From the NCBI GenBank assembly GCA_045863335.1, contig BTVY01000030.1, positions 30,799-94,798 of the forward strand: a stretch of 64,000 nt of DNA, given 5' to 3'. Below are positions 40,129 to 49,865 of this stretch, one piece after another. Position numbers and translations under genes: made by a program. Origin of the DNA: Candidatus Hydrogenedentota bacterium (GTDB taxonomy: Bacteria; Hydrogenedentota; Hydrogenedentia; Hydrogenedentales; SLHB01). Below the pieces are notes generated by a model, which had not been told where the DNA came from, did not search any database, and worked only from the letters and a program-made list of their open reading frames with translations. The stretch's first letter is position 1; each line of letters begins with the position of its first letter.

Positions 40129-40641
40129 TTACAGAGTTCTCAGAAAACCAACCACGTCGCGTGGACGTTTCAGCCGGAGTAGCATTTGCCCCGGTCCGAG
40201 TTCCGTGAGCATGGATTCAAGCTTGACGCGCTCGGTCCGCGGAAAGGCCCAGGCATATTTGAGAAACTCCCAGTCGAACTGTTCTCGACACTCGTCCGCC
40301 ATGTCGGGCCGGGTTTGGCCATGAGTATGGAGGATTCGTTTGAAAATGCGGTACATCGCGATTCGCCGCGGGAAATCGAGATGAATGACCGTGTCGGCGC
40401 GCGGCAAGCGGTAGCGCAGCGTGGACGCATAGCTCCCGTCCATCACCCACCGCTCGCCGGAGACCAACTCCTGTACGCGATCGTGCCACCAGTCGCAATC
40501 CGGCATCGTCCAGCCAGGCTGCCAGTATTCTTTGTCCAGGTGAATGACTGGCAGATCTAACCGCTCCGCCAACTCGCTGGCAAGGGTCGACTTGCCGGCC
40601 CCGCAGATGCCGACGATCAGGATGCGTTGCATGGACGGCAT
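40129..40641 (-). CDS. FlaR-like P-loop protein (topology modulation protein / adenylate kinase family)
   Basis: RILIVGICGAGKSTL, HLD..YW.PGW, WVMDGSY and TRPDMA..C.E.FD.EFL motifs. Exact start uncertain (40632-40653). Confidence 0.85.
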   Translation of the reverse strand: MPSMQRILIVGICGAGKSTLASELAERLDLPVIHLDKEYWQPGWTMPDCDWWHDRVQELVSGERWVMDGSYASTLRYRLPRADTVIHLDFPRRIAMYRIFKRILHTHGQTRPDMADECREQFDWEFLKYAWAFPRTERVKLESMLTELGPGQMLLRLKRPRDVVGFLRTL

Positions 40642-40715
40642 GGTAGCAAGCATCGAGGACGAGTCACCATTCTTCGCCCCGTTGCCTCTACAATGTGGAA
40701 GACGGAGGAAGCAGC

Positions 40716-43586
40716 ATGTTGTGGAAGTTGCGAAAAGTTTCGGACGCGGAAATCGTGCGGCGCGTGCTGGCGGGCAAGCGGGACGAGTTCGGCGTCCTGG
40801 TCGAGCGCTATCTCGCGGTGGTGCAGGCGGTCGCGTATGCGCGTACGGGCAACCGGGCGGATGCGCAGGATGTCGCACAGGACACCTTTCTGACTGCTTT
40901 TGAGAAGCTGGACACGGTGCGGGACGTAGCCAGTATCGGCGCGTGGTTGACGACCATCGCCCGGCACCGTGCGGTGCGGTTGATGCAACAGCGGCAGCGC
41001 CGCGTGGAACTTCAGGAGCGCAACCTCCCACAGGAACCGGAGGTTCATATGCCGAGTCCGGAAAAGGCAGAGATCCGAGAATTGCTGCGGCAGGAAGTGC
41101 TGAGGCTCGATGAGGACTATCGAGAGGTGCTCATGCTGCACTACTTCGCGGGCAAGAAGATTCGCGAGGTGGCAGCCCTGCTCGACATCTCCGTCGATGC
41201 CGCAAAGAAACGGTTGCAGCGGGCGCGGGAAGCCCTCAGCGCGTCGTTGACCACGCAACTTCCTGAATTGTTGGAAACGGACAAACCTCGGGAGAAGCAG
41301 GTTTCGCGGATCATGGGTATCGTGGCGCTTGCGACCCCCTCGTGGCAGGGCGCGACGGCAACGATAGCGGGCGGAGCAGCCGTCGCGGGTGGCGCGATGG
41401 TGCTGAAAGTCACACTTGCAGCGACGGCTCTGGTTGTTTCCGGCGGGCTGTGGTGGACCTGGCGCGCATCCGATACCGACGCTGACCGGCTGCCGGTTGT
41501 CGAAACCCGCACTGCATCCACCAACTCGGCAGACTCGACGGAATCGCCGTCGGATTCACGTGTGGCTGCGCAAACCTCCCAAGAAACGACTCCACCGCCG
41601 AGTCAGTCACTTTCGGAAGCGTTTCCCAACATTGCAGCAGAATTGAAAGAGTTATTCTCGTCTGTAATTAACGAGGGTTTGTCAGTTTCCGGAACTGTTA
41701 TTGACACGGCGGGAAATCCCGTGCCGTCGGCAAAAGTGGTGGTTCACATAGACGATCCATACAGGCACGAAGAAATTGAAGCCGACGTAAACGGAAAATT
41801 CGCCGTAGGTGACCTGCCTCAGACCCACTCGCTCTATACAGTCGCCATATCGCCCAAGCACGAGCCTCTGTTGTTTGAGAGCGACGTGGAGGGCCCGTTT
41901 GAACTCCAGGACACAGGAGTTACCGGTGTTGTACTTACGCTCGACCGCCCGCGAAATCGCACCATGTCCGGAGTTGTCGTTTCTGAGAACGGTGATCCGC
42001 TTGAAGGAGTTGGTGTGTTGGCCAGTGCGCAGCGGCTGCGACCCAGCGGCGGCAATGTATGGACGGACGCACGCGGCATGTTCTCCATACCCGGTCTAGC
42101 GGCGGGCAATTACAGGATCGGCCTCTCTCCCCCTGGCCATGAATCGTGGCGTATAAAAGGGGACTCCCCGGTCTATACCATTCCCGTTGACGTGGACCTT
42201 ACCGGCTTGGTCGTCACCTACGAGGACCTTGGCACGCTCGTGATAAGCGGCCGGATTACGGACACCAAAGGCAATCCAGTTTCCGGCGCGCGTTTGGAGG
42301 CAATGGGCGCCAAGGCAACGCGGGAATCCCCGGAACGCTCGAATCGGGAAGGCCGCTTCACTATCGACGGTCTTCCCTCTGGAGACGATTACCGGGTAAC
42401 GGCGTATCACAACAAGTACACTACACAGGAGATCGCCGACGTTTCCGCGGGACAGACCGACGTCAACTTTGTCTTGGCGGGTCGCGGTGGCGTCACAGGA
42501 ACCGTGGTCGACGCTCGCACGGACCTTCCCATACCAGCGTTCGAGATTGGTTATTCGGCCGAGATCACTTCGGCGCGGGGAACCCAGTATACCGGCATAC
42601 GATGGGAATCCGTCGAGAACGCGGATGGCGTGTTTAGTTTGCGGGACCTGCAATCTCTGAGGACCAACTTGTATGCCAAGGCCGCCGGGTACAGCCCTAA
42701 CCAAGTACGCGTCGAAATTACACCCGGCAGCACGATGACGGGAATTACATTGCGCCTGGCGTCCAGTCCGAAAATCGACGGTATCGTTGTCGACAGTGAA
42801 GGTTCGCCCATCGCAGGCGCGATGGCGTTTTACGGGGGACTTCCCCACCTAAGCGACAGAGAGAGAACCGCCGCCGCGAGAACCCCCGAGGACGGACGCT
42901 TCACGCTGGATACGTTTCCCGAAGACGCGACCGGATTTACTGTCTACCACCCCGACTATGCACCGATCACGGTTTCGTTGTCCGAAAACAACGCCGACCC
43001 GTATCGGGTTATCCTCGAAGAAGGCGGCAGTCTAACTGGCCGATTGAGCATCGCGGGCGCGCCACCCGGGAGCGCCTACTTGAACCTCGGCTATTCCTCC
43101 CTCGGGTACCCGCTGAATATTAACACCCAGGCATCAGCCACCGGTGAATACGCGTTTCCGCATTTGCCGGAAGGGGACGTTCGATTGGATGTGACGATGT
43201 ATTCGGCGGAAGACCCACAGACGAAGCGCACGGTAACTCGAATTCTTCACGTGGAAAGCACCGGCGAAACGACGTTTGATATCGACCTTGCAGAATTGAC
43301 CGCCTCGCTGGAGGGCATCGTAACGCTGAACGGTGCGCCGATTGTGGATGCATGGGTAGCACTCGAAGTGGGTCCGGATGGCGAGGCCGAGTACTTCCGC
43401 ACGCAAACCGATTTGGACGGTGCATACGTAATCGAACAGTCGCCAGGGGGCCCGGTGAACGTCATCATAGGGTATGAAGCGGAAGGGATCAGGTACCATC
43501 GGCAGATGAACCTATTGGTGCAGTCGGATGCCCTGTCACGGTGGGACGTCGATCTTACCGATTCCGATGTCTTGGAAATGCCTTGA
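40716..43586 (+). CDS. membrane-anchored ECF sigma factor with extracytoplasmic carboxypeptidase-regulatory-like (beta-sandwich) repeats
   Basis: Sigma region 2 (AQDVAQDTFL, AWLTTIARH), region 4 (EVAALL..S..A.KKRLQRAR), a TM segment, then repeated SG.V.D..G.P..GA / D..G.F modules. Confidence 0.88.
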   Translation: MLWKLRKVSDAEIVRRVLAGKRDEFGVLVERYLAVVQAVAYARTGNRADAQDVAQDTFLTAFEKLDTVRDVASIGAWLTTIARHRAVRLMQQRQRRVELQERNLPQEPEVHMPSPEKAEIRELLRQEVLRLDEDYREVLMLHYFAGKKIREVAALLDISVDAAKKRLQRAREALSASLTTQLPELLETDKPREKQVSRIMGIVALATPSWQGATATIAGGAAVAGGAMVLKVTLAATALVVSGGLWWTWRASDTDADRLPVVETRTASTNSADSTESPSDSRVAAQTSQETTPPPSQSLSEAFPNIAAELKELFSSVINEGLSVSGTVIDTAGNPVPSAKVVVHIDDPYRHEEIEADVNGKFAVGDLPQTHSLYTVAISPKHEPLLFESDVEGPFELQDTGVTGVVLTLDRPRNRTMSGVVVSENGDPLEGVGVLASAQRLRPSGGNVWTDARGMFSIPGLAAGNYRIGLSPPGHESWRIKGDSPVYTIPVDVDLTGLVVTYEDLGTLVISGRITDTKGNPVSGARLEAMGAKATRESPERSNREGRFTIDGLPSGDDYRVTAYHNKYTTQEIADVSAGQTDVNFVLAGRGGVTGTVVDARTDLPIPAFEIGYSAEITSARGTQYTGIRWESVENADGVFSLRDLQSLRTNLYAKAAGYSPNQVRVEITPGSTMTGITLRLASSPKIDGIVVDSEGSPIAGAMAFYGGLPHLSDRERTAAARTPEDGRFTLDTFPEDATGFTVYHPDYAPITVSLSENNADPYRVILEEGGSLTGRLSIAGAPPGSAYLNLGYSSLGYPLNINTQASATGEYAFPHLPEGDVRLDVTMYSAEDPQTKRTVTRILHVESTGETTFDIDLAELTASLEGIVTLNGAPIVDAWVALEVGPDGEAEYFRTQTDLDGAYVIEQSPGGPVNVIIGYEAEGIRYHRQMNLLVQSDALSRWDVDLTDSDVLEMP

Positions 43587-43641
43587 GGCGAAGAACTCGC
43601 CTGCCAGCTACCGCGAAGCCACTCAACGACACATAGCAATA

Positions 43642-43677
43642 AGTACCGGACCAGCCATCGTGGCCTGGTCCGGTACT
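43642..43677. terminator. hairpin between convergent genes (possible bidirectional terminator)
   Basis: AGTACCGGACCAG / CTGGTCCGGTACT 13-bp stem, with weak U tracts. Confidence 0.5.
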
Positions 43678-43701
43678 CATCACTTCACCGATTCTGTTGA
43701 G

Positions 43702-44481
43702 TTACGCGATCGTCGCGTCAGTTTGCGCAGTCGTCGTTTCCGTCACCTTTTTCGTCGTCAATTTCGGGATGAACATCGGCGTCTTCTTGCGCCACTGCAT
43801 GTAGGCCCGGCCGTGTTCGTTCATAAGGTCGCGTTCTTCCAACTGGATGGCGATCAGGATATACGCGGTGGTCATGACGGCGAACACGAAGTGGGCCGCG
43901 GTCATGGTCGGCGTGCCCCAGAAGGCGCAGAACCAACCGACGTACAAGGGATGCCGGATATGCTTGTAAAAAAACGGCGTCCGAAACTTCAGCGGCGTGT
44001 ACTCCTTGCCGCGCAGGTGCAACCAGACCTGCCGCATGCCGAAGAGATCGAAATGGTTGATCATGAAGGTCGATGCCAACACCATCAGCCATCCGAAGGC
44101 AAACACGCCGTACATGAACGTTTGGCCCGCGGGATGCTCGATCTCCCACACGGTGCCGCCCATGGGCTGCCACTGCCAGAACATCAGCGCCAGGGCCGCG
44201 TTCGTGAACAGGACGTAGGTGCTGCGTTCCGCCGGTTTTGGGACGATCCGGGTCCACATCTTTTTGAACGACTTCCGGGCCATGATGCTGTGTTGCAGTG
44301 CAAAGACCGTCAGCAATCCGACATTCACGGCAAGCGCCGTCCAGAGTGGTACCCGCGGTTCCGCGTCCAGCGAATTCGACACGATCGTGTTGCCGACGAA
44401 TCCGACCGCATACACAAAGACGGCCAGAAACAGCACGTACGATATGGCGCCGTACAGAAAAAGCGTGATCCTACCTGACAT
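43702..44481 (-). CDS. mddA: methanethiol S-methyltransferase (MddA-like, ICMT/NnrU family)
   Basis: [53 protein letters not shown] and EERDL motifs. Confidence 0.8.
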   Translation of the reverse strand: MSGRITLFLYGAISYVLFLAVFVYAVGFVGNTIVSNSLDAEPRVPLWTALAVNVGLLTVFALQHSIMARKSFKKMWTRIVPKPAERSTYVLFTNAALALMFWQWQPMGGTVWEIEHPAGQTFMYGVFAFGWLMVLASTFMINHFDLFGMRQVWLHLRGKEYTPLKFRTPFFYKHIRHPLYVGWFCAFWGTPTMTAAHFVFAVMTTAYILIAIQLEERDLMNEHGRAYMQWRKKTPMFIPKLTTKKVTETTTAQTDATIA

Positions 44482-46948
44482 TGTTTTCGTGCCTCCCTCT
44501 CTTGGTGAAAGCCTGCCAGAGCAACTGGTCCAGCAACTGCTGGGTCCGCGCCCAGGTTTCCGGCAACGTTTTGTCACCGCCGAGGTCCGCGATCGATCCC
44601 GTCACCGGCACATCCCCTCCGGTTTCGGGGTCGGCCGACGGCCCCTTTTCGGCCTTCGCACTCACCTCGTTTGATTCGATGCGCTTCAATTTCACGTCCC
44701 CTTGGGTACTGCTTCGGGTTTCGGGCGCCCGCAACCGGCGGTCGCGTTTTGGGTAAAACAAGTGGCGTGCCAAATAGAGGGTAAACGCGGAAGAAACTGT
44801 TGCTTGGGGAGTTAGAGGGACATCAGGGACATCAGAGACAGCAGGGTCGGGGTTCGAGATCTCGCGAGTCGCGAAATCTCGTGAATGTAGCGCAGGCGTC
44901 CTCGCCTGCATTCTGGACTGGCGCAGGGCACGAACGGAGAACAGGTATTCGGGCGGGGACGCCGGCGCGACCTTGGGCACGCTCCGCGTGGCGTGCGTTC
45001 GGGACACGCGGGGGCGGTGGATACCCAAGGTCTTCATGCGGGACGTCAGCGTCGAGGGATTCATGCCGAGAAGCCGGGCGGCGCCGCTGTCACCGGAGAC
45101 TTTCCAATCGGAGGCGTCCAGGGCGCGGACGATATTCGCGCGTTCGAGTTCCTGAAGATCCGCAACGGTCTTGATGGTGCCATTGTCGGCGGAATCACGC
45201 GTGAGAGAGGTGGGGATATCAGAGCCGCTCTCAGGAAGTGCTCGCGTGAGGTTCAGCCGCCCATCTTTCGCTGTGATCACGGCGCGCTCGATGACGTTCT
45301 GCAGCTCGCGGACGTTGCCTGGCCAATTGTAAGCACGCAACCGCCGGGCGTCGTCTGGCGTGAGCGATTGAACCGGGCGGCCTATCTCCTTGCCGTATTT
45401 CTCGGCGAATGCTTGGGCCAACAAGGTAATGTCGTCTCCCCGTTCTCGGAGTGGCGGGATTTCGAGGGGAAAGACGTTGAGCCGGTAATAGAGGTCTTCG
45501 CGGAACGTCCCCTCCTCGGTGCATTGCCGGAGGTCGCGGTTGGTCGCGGCGATGACCCGCACGTCGACCTCGCGCGTGTGGGCGCTGCCGACGGGCTCGA
45601 ACTCGCCCTCCTGCAAGACCCGAAGCAGTTTGGATTGCAAATCGATGGGCAGCTCCCCCACTTCGTCGAGAAAGATCGTGCCGCCATCGGCGAGGGCGAA
45701 GCGGCCGTCGCGCTTCTGGGTGGCGCCGGTGAAGGCGCCTTTCTCGTGGCCAAAGAATTCGCTTTCGATAAGCGTCGCGGGAATCGCGGCGCAGTTGACG
45801 CGAATAAGCGGTTTACTCTTCCGCTTGCTGCGACTGTGAATGGCGCGGGCGATGAGTTCCTTGCCCGTACCGGTTTCGCCGAGGATCAGAACCGTGGCAT
45901 CGGTACCGGCAACTTGCTCAATCTCCTGGGTGACGCGAAGGATGGGCGGACTGTTCCCGATGATCTCGTCGAAATTGTGGAGTGCTTGAATCTCTTCGCG
46001 AAGGTATGCGGTTTGGTCTGTGAGGGCCTGGATGCGGCGCTCGGCGTCGAGGCGGTCATTGACGTTACGCAGGATGAGCGTGTGGAAAGCCGCGCCCCGC
46101 ATTTCATAACGGGACAGCGTCGCTTCGGCCGCGAAAGACTCGCCCCCGGCGGTGCGCGCTTCCAGGCCGCCCGCAATCCACAGGAAACGCTGGCCATCGG
46201 GCAGCACGTCCAGCTCTTCGAGGAGACCGCAAAGCTTGTCTTTGCTCTCTTGCGACAAGTAGCGCCCAAAATCCTTGCCGACGACATCGGACTCGCGGGT
46301 GCCCAGGATCTTCTCCGCCGCAGGATTCATCATGGTGATGATGCATTCGGAATCGAGATCGATGATGGCGTCGAGAGCGCTGTCGACCAGCCGCCCGAGT
46401 TTTTCCTCCCGTTCGCGCAACTCCGCCTCGGCGCGGAGCCGCCGCAGTTCCGCCGCGGCGCGGGCCGCGAAAATGCGGAACAAAGCCTGCGTCTTGGGTT
46501 CCTCCGGCATCGGGCGGATATCCATCACCGCGAGATGGCCCAAGACTTTTCCGTCCATGTCGAGCAGAGGCGCGCCCATGTAGCTGACTGCGCCAAGCTG
46601 TTTCACGTCGGGATCGTCGGGATAGAGTTCAAGGACGTTGTCGGCGTAGTGGACCAGCCGGGACTCCTCGACAACGACTTCGCAGGGCGTGCCGTCGATC
46701 TCGTGCTCGTAACCATCCAGCCATTCGCCGTTCATCCAGAAGGCGAGCGCGCGCAACTTCCGGGATTCTTCGAGGTATTCCGTCACCCAGGCGCCGTGGG
46801 TATGTAGAGCCTTCGCGAGATTCTCGACAAGCGCGGCAAAGAACCGGTCCCCGGTCGCCGTGGCGGTCCCTTCGAGGATCGACTTCAACGCTTCATGTTC
46901 GTCGAGATCATGCAGTGGTAGTTGTTCGGACAAATCTCCACACTCCAC
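44471..46948 (-). CDS. sigma54-dependent activator (GAF-PAS-AAA+-Fis HTH, FhlA/HyfR-like); the recognisable protein ends near 45008 and the ORF reads on
   Basis: [45 protein letters not shown] and [16 protein letters not shown] motifs. Confidence 0.92.
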   Translation of the reverse strand: MECGDLSEQLPLHDLDEHEALKSILEGTATATGDRFFAALVENLAKALHTHGAWVTEYLEESRKLRALAFWMNGEWLDGYEHEIDGTPCEVVVEESRLVHYADNVLELYPDDPDVKQLGAVSYMGAPLLDMDGKVLGHLAVMDIRPMPEEPKTQALFRIFAARAAAELRRLRAEAELREREEKLGRLVDSALDAIIDLDSECIITMMNPAAEKILGTRESDVVGKDFGRYLSQESKDKLCGLLEELDVLPDGQRFLWIAGGLEARTAGGESFAAEATLSRYEMRGAAFHTLILRNVNDRLDAERRIQALTDQTAYLREEIQALHNFDEIIGNSPPILRVTQEIEQVAGTDATVLILGETGTGKELIARAIHSRSKRKSKPLIRVNCAAIPATLIESEFFGHEKGAFTGATQKRDGRFALADGGTIFLDEVGELPIDLQSKLLRVLQEGEFEPVGSAHTREVDVRVIAATNRDLRQCTEEGTFREDLYYRLNVFPLEIPPLRERGDDITLLAQAFAEKYGKEIGRPVQSLTPDDARRLRAYNWPGNVRELQNVIERAVITAKDGRLNLTRALPESGSDIPTSLTRDSADNGTIKTVADLQELERANIVRALDASDWKVSGDSGAARLLGMNPSTLTSRMKTLGIHRPRVSRTHATRSVPKVAPASPPEYLFSVRALRQSRMQARTPALHSRDFATREISNPDPAVSDVPDVPLTPQATVSSAFTLYLARHLFYPKRDRRLRAPETRSSTQGDVKLKRIESNEVSAKAEKGPSADPETGGDVPVTGSIADLGGDKTLPETWARTQQLLDQLLWQAFTKRGRHENNVR
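44758..44772 (-). promoter_or_regulatory. sigma54 (-24/-12) promoter upstream of mddA
   Basis: TGGCACGCCACTTGT versus consensus TGGCACGnnnnTTGC, with one mismatch at -12. Confidence 0.65.
44855..44881. promoter_or_regulatory. palindrome, candidate upstream activating sequence for the sigma54 activator
   Basis: CGAGATCTCGCGA-G-TCGCGAAATCTCG (12/13 symmetric), about 85-110 bp upstream of the -24 box. Confidence 0.5.
44887..44972. repeat. GTAG-type REP-like doublet
   Basis: GTAGCGCAGGCGTCCTCGCCTGC and an inverted degenerate copy GGGCGGGGACGCCGGCGCGACC. Confidence 0.55.
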
Positions 46949-47047
46949 CTTGTCCCCTCACCAGTGGGGGCACCCTCGCAGGATGGATTGTAATCATACA
47001 CGAATCTCGCGGAATTCCGTAGAATAGGGTCCCGAAGGCGAGGGAGT

Positions 47048-48397
47048 ATGGCAAACAGGGTAATCATCGTTGGCGCTGGGTTAGCCGGACTTACTGCGGC
47101 GCGGGAATTGCTGCGGCGCGGCGTGGAGGTGCCGGTCGTCGAAGCGCGGGATCGCGTGGGCGGCCGCACGCTGGCGCAGGCGACGGCAATCGGGGATTCG
47201 TTAGATCTGGGCGGGCAATGGATAGGGCCGACGCAGGATCGGATGGCGGCCTTGGTGGACGAGTTCGGGCTGCAAAGCTATACGCAATACAACTCGGGAA
47301 CGAAGCTATCGCGCGTTTGCGGGCGGAATCGGCAGTACACGGGTTCGATTCCTTCAATGCCGCTGTTGAGTCTCCTCGATTTTCAACTGCTTTTGAACCG
47401 CTTGGACCGCCTTAGCAGCACGATCGACTTGGAGGCGCCGCATGGTACGCCGCGCGCGAGCGAGTGGGACGGCATGACGGTAGAAGCGTGGAAGCGGCGG
47501 CATGTGAAGACGGCGACCGTGCGGGCGACCTTCGACACGGCCGTGGCCGCGATCTTTGCCGCCGATCCGGCGGAATTGTCGTTTCTGCACTTTCTGTTTT
47601 ATCTGCGTTCCGGCGGCGGGTTTCTGCGATTGGCCGAGGTCATCAACGGCGCGCAGGAGACGCGGGTTCATGGCGGAATGCAGGCGATATGCGAGCGGAT
47701 GGCGCAGGAATTGGGCGAGCGTGTCTTGATGAATGCGCCCGTTCGTGCGATTCGGCAATCGGACACCAGAGTGAGCGTCGTCACAGACCGCGGCGCGTTT
47801 GAAGGTGAGCGCGTGATCGTCGCTGTTCCGCCGGTGTTGGCGGGACAAATCGACTACAGCCCGGAGCTTCCGCCTGCACGGGTGCAACTGACGCAGCGCA
47901 TGCCGATGGGTTCGGTTATTAAATGCATCGCGATCTATGCGTCGCCGTTCTGGCGGGACGCGGGACTATCCGGCGAAGTGGTGACCGATGTGGGTCCCGT
48001 GAAATTCACGTTTGACGACACGCCGGAGGGCTGCCAGCGCGGCGCGATTGTCGGGTTCATCTCAGGCGCGGACGCACGCTTGTGGGCGGAGCGAAGCGAA
48101 GACGAGCGCCGAACGGCGGTGCTGAGTCAATTCGCCGACTTTTTCGGTCCTCCCGCGGCTCAACCTGTCGAGTACATTGACAAGGTCTGGGCGGCCGAGC
48201 GTTGGTCCGGCGGATGCTACGTGGGCCTCATGCCGCCGGGTGTCATGACGACGTTGGGGCATGCGTTGCGCGAACCAATTGGGCGGATCCACTGGGCCGG
48301 CGCGGAGACCGCGACCGAGTGGAACGGGTACATGGAGGGCGCAGTGCGCTCGGGGGAACGGGCCGCGGGCGAGGTGCTGGCGCGGATGGGTAGGTAG
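47048..48397 (+). CDS. flavin-containing monoamine oxidase family protein
   Basis: VGAGLAGLTAA, EARDRVGGR, DLGGQWIGPTQ, MGSVIK and HWAGAETATEWNGYMEGAVRSGERAA motifs. Confidence 0.92.
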   Translation: MANRVIIVGAGLAGLTAARELLRRGVEVPVVEARDRVGGRTLAQATAIGDSLDLGGQWIGPTQDRMAALVDEFGLQSYTQYNSGTKLSRVCGRNRQYTGSIPSMPLLSLLDFQLLLNRLDRLSSTIDLEAPHGTPRASEWDGMTVEAWKRRHVKTATVRATFDTAVAAIFAADPAELSFLHFLFYLRSGGGFLRLAEVINGAQETRVHGGMQAICERMAQELGERVLMNAPVRAIRQSDTRVSVVTDRGAFEGERVIVAVPPVLAGQIDYSPELPPARVQLTQRMPMGSVIKCIAIYASPFWRDAGLSGEVVTDVGPVKFTFDDTPEGCQRGAIVGFISGADARLWAERSEDERRTAVLSQFADFFGPPAAQPVEYIDKVWAAERWSGGCYVGLMPPGVMTTLGHALREPIGRIHWAGAETATEWNGYMEGAVRSGERAAGEVLARMGR

Positions 48398-48583
48398 ACA
48401 CGGACCTACACGGACCTACACGGACCTACACGGACACGCACGGACACGCGCAGTCGAGCGCAGTCGAGCGCAGTCGAGCGCGGACTCCCAAAAAAAAGGC
48501 GTGGGCAACGCCCACGCCCGGATATTGCCAATCCGCAATCCGAAATCCGCAGTCCGCAATTCCCCCTCCAGCCTACAGCCTAC
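48398..48583. repeat. composite short tandem repeat array (10-mers then 7-mers)
   Basis: (ACACGGACCT)x3, ACACGGACAC/GCACGGACAC variants, (GCAGTCGAGC)x3, then AATCCGC/AATCCGA heptamers and CCTCCAG-CCTACAG-CCTAC. Confidence 0.85.
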
Positions 48584-49686
48584 TCCTGCTGATTCTTCGG
48601 CCAAGGCGATTCCAGAATTGCGGCTTCATCGAAGCTGATGTGCAGGATGGTCGTGCGCAGGTTTGTGGTGCACACGATGTGAATCTTGCCGTCCTTTGTT
48701 TGAATCGCGTAGGGGTACGCGTAGGAATTCTCGCCGCCCATGACGTCCCGCCGATGCGGATAGGTCTTGTCGTCATCGGTCGAGATGGCGACGGTCAGCG
48801 GGGTGCGTTCATTCATGTTGTCGTTATAGACCAGCATGAGATGGCCGTTCTGCAAGCGGAGGAAGGCGACCGCTGAATTTGGGTTCTTGAACTCCGTGTC
48901 GACCGCGTCGCTCCAGGTGTAGCCGCCGTCGCGGGATTCCGCCCGGAGGGTGTACCCTGTCTCCGTGGGTTCAAAATTACCGCCGCGGCGGATGTAGGCG
49001 ACGAGGTATTCATCGGAAATCTGTGCGGGTTCCGCCTGGAGGTTGCCCGTGGGCGAATGGATCAGATTGGTCTGCGTCCACGTCTTTTCCGTCGGGTTGT
49101 AGCGCATGAAAAACGACGCCGTGTCTTCGGCGGTCCGTTCCGTATCTTCGCCACGCTCGATGTACATGGGGAGCAGATAGTCGCCATTGTTCAAAACAAT
49201 AGGCGCGCCTTTGGCCATGGCGCCTTCTTCCATGTGGAACATGAAGGAATCAGACCAGGTCTTCGCGCCGTCCTTGGAAATCTTCGCCTTCACGCGGGCG
49301 TTGGACCAGGTATCGCCATAGCGGTTCACGTAAAAGAGCCAGACGACGCCGTCGGGCGCTTGCCATACAATCGGATTGCCTTCGCCGCGATCGGGAGTGT
49401 CCGCGATGACTTCGGGGAAGGTCCATTGGGTATCGCCTTTGACGAGACGGGACCCGTAGACGGCAGTGTCGTCTTCATACTCGCCCGACCCACCGTAGTA
49501 TGCGATGTAAAGGTCGCCGTTATCGAGTTCGGTGATGGAGGCGGGATGTTTGTATCCGCCCGGATGCTCGGCTCCAAAAACGCGTTCACAGGTAATGCTG
49601 GTCTTGATGCGGTGATCGATAGTCGGGTCCGCTATTGCCGAAATGGCAACGAGCAGCGCGACAACTGAAATCAATACGCGTTTCAT
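48580..49686 (-). CDS. secreted BNR/sialidase-like protein
   Basis: Signal peptide, HPASITELDNGDL, GNPIV, Asp boxes (SKDGAKTW, SRDGGYTW, STDDDKTY) and YAYP. Confidence 0.85.
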   Translation of the reverse strand: MKRVLISVVALLVAISAIADPTIDHRIKTSITCERVFGAEHPGGYKHPASITELDNGDLYIAYYGGSGEYEDDTAVYGSRLVKGDTQWTFPEVIADTPDRGEGNPIVWQAPDGVVWLFYVNRYGDTWSNARVKAKISKDGAKTWSDSFMFHMEEGAMAKGAPIVLNNGDYLLPMYIERGEDTERTAEDTASFFMRYNPTEKTWTQTNLIHSPTGNLQAEPAQISDEYLVAYIRRGGNFEPTETGYTLRAESRDGGYTWSDAVDTEFKNPNSAVAFLRLQNGHLMLVYNDNMNERTPLTVAISTDDDKTYPHRRDVMGGENSYAYPYAIQTKDGKIHIVCTTNLRTTILHISFDEAAILESPWPKNQQE

Positions 49687-49779
49687 TCGATTACTCCCCT
49701 TCAACGTTGCTTGGATTGGATAAGTGCGCCTTTCGGTGAGAGAACAGCATAGCGACTTTTCGAATCGCGGGGCAAGCGT

Positions 49780-49857
49780 CTGGAGGCCGGAGACTGGAGA
49801 CCGGAGGCTGGAGGAAGAAGAAGACACGGGCCCGCACGGACCCAGACGGACGGACCA
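49780..49857. repeat. heptamer tandem array plus degenerate ACGGAC-type repeats
   Basis: CTGGAGG CCGGAGA CTGGAGA CCGGAGG CTGGAGG, then ACACGGGCCC GCACGGACCC AGACGGACGGACC. Confidence 0.7.
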
Positions 49858-49865
49858 AAACGGTT

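Noticed and set aside
44993-46807. 604-aa plus-strand ORF
   Set aside because: Antisense shadow of the sigma54 activator, typical of high-GC codon bias, with no recognisable motifs.
48398-48487. Possible CRISPR array
   Set aside because: The units are contiguous 10-mers with no unique spacers, and there are no cas genes in the window.
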